Below, one piece after another: positions 63,643-64,000 of a stretch of 64,000 nt of DNA. Position numbers and translations under genes: made by a program. Numbering within the stretch: position 1 is the stretch's first letter; every line of letters begins with the position of its first letter. Below the pieces are notes generated by a model. It did no database searches. It had not been told where the DNA came from and saw only the letters and a program-made list of their open reading frames with translations. The DNA comes from Patescibacteria group bacterium (GTDB taxonomy: Bacteria; Patescibacteriota; Microgenomatia; UBA8517): NCBI GenBank assembly GCA_041742135.1, contig JBGSJG010000004.1:235773-299772 (forward strand), read 5' to 3'.

Positions 63643-64000
63643 AGTATCAATCAACAAACCAGATAATTACGTTGTTTCAAATTTGAAAGTAAAGCAGGTG
63701 CTGTCTAACGCTCTTCGTGAAGGCGGAATTACATCAGATTGTTCTGTAAGCGTTGCTTTTGTGGGGGAGCAGCAAATGGAGGAATTGGTGGATAAGTACT
63801 ACAAAGGAGATCCTCAAAAAAAATATGTTCATCCAATTTTAACTTTCCCCTCACTTGAAACAAAAGGGAAATTTGTATTACCAAAAGGGCAAAGCGCCGA
63901 GCTTGGAGAGATTATCATAAGCTATCCCGAAGCTATTAGATTTGCCCGTGAATCTGGGGAGACAGTCGAGAAGCGAATCTTGTTTTTGCTGCAGCATGGA
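63635..64000 (+). CDS. ybeY: rRNA maturation RNase YbeY (3' partial, absent from the ORF track)
   Basis: MVKVSINK...VAFVG...M..L..KY...ILTFP...LGEIIIS.....A....L..HG running off the window. Confidence 0.85.
   Translation, partial: MVKVSINKPDNYVVSNLKVKQVLSNALREGGITSDCSVSVAFVGEQQMEELVDKYYKGDPQKKYVHPILTFPSLETKGKFVLPKGQSAELGEIIISYPEAIRFARESGETVEKRILFLLQHG

Noticed and set aside
1-64000. Alternative genetic code (TGA recoding) and the many short antisense ORFs
   Set aside because: Conserved genes end properly at TGA (mreB, dcd, thyX, tsf, proS); the short ORFs lie opposite well-supported genes.

Overview
A gene-dense 64 kb chromosomal segment of a Candidate Phyla Radiation (Patescibacteria) bacterium, most likely Microgenomates (Woesebacteria-like). 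The taxon is inferred from gene style: short EF-Ts, tRNAs without encoded CCA, two mreB copies, class A beta-lactamase-like serine hydrolase, standard code with TGA as stop. Housekeeping content: rplL/J/A/K, nusG, secE, rpsU, rpmG, rpmB, rpsB-tsf-frr-rseP-proS, def/fmt, queA, rnhB, mreB-pbp2-dprA-topA, four tRNAs, a probable 6S RNA, and L10 and S2 leaders. Unusual content: (1) an isoprenoid/carotenoid cluster (UbiA-type prenyltransferase, fni, polyprenyl synthase, crtI, crtB, lycopene cyclase, NUDIX, extended uppS); (2) a 7TM / ATP-grasp-protease / RimK-like / methyltransferase operon; (3) a dcd-thyX-tdk-tmk-glyA(-folD) thymidylate module; (4) several small palindromic elements, one present twice with compensatory stem changes, and two inserted in frame inside rnhB and queA; (5) a LamG/beta-propeller surface protein fused to an ABC-permease tail; (6) many orphan ORFs inserted singly between conserved genes; (7) pervasive extended -10 promoters a few bases from start codons. 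No CRISPR array, rRNA, transposase or integrase was seen. All calls come from reading motifs by eye; no database searches were run.
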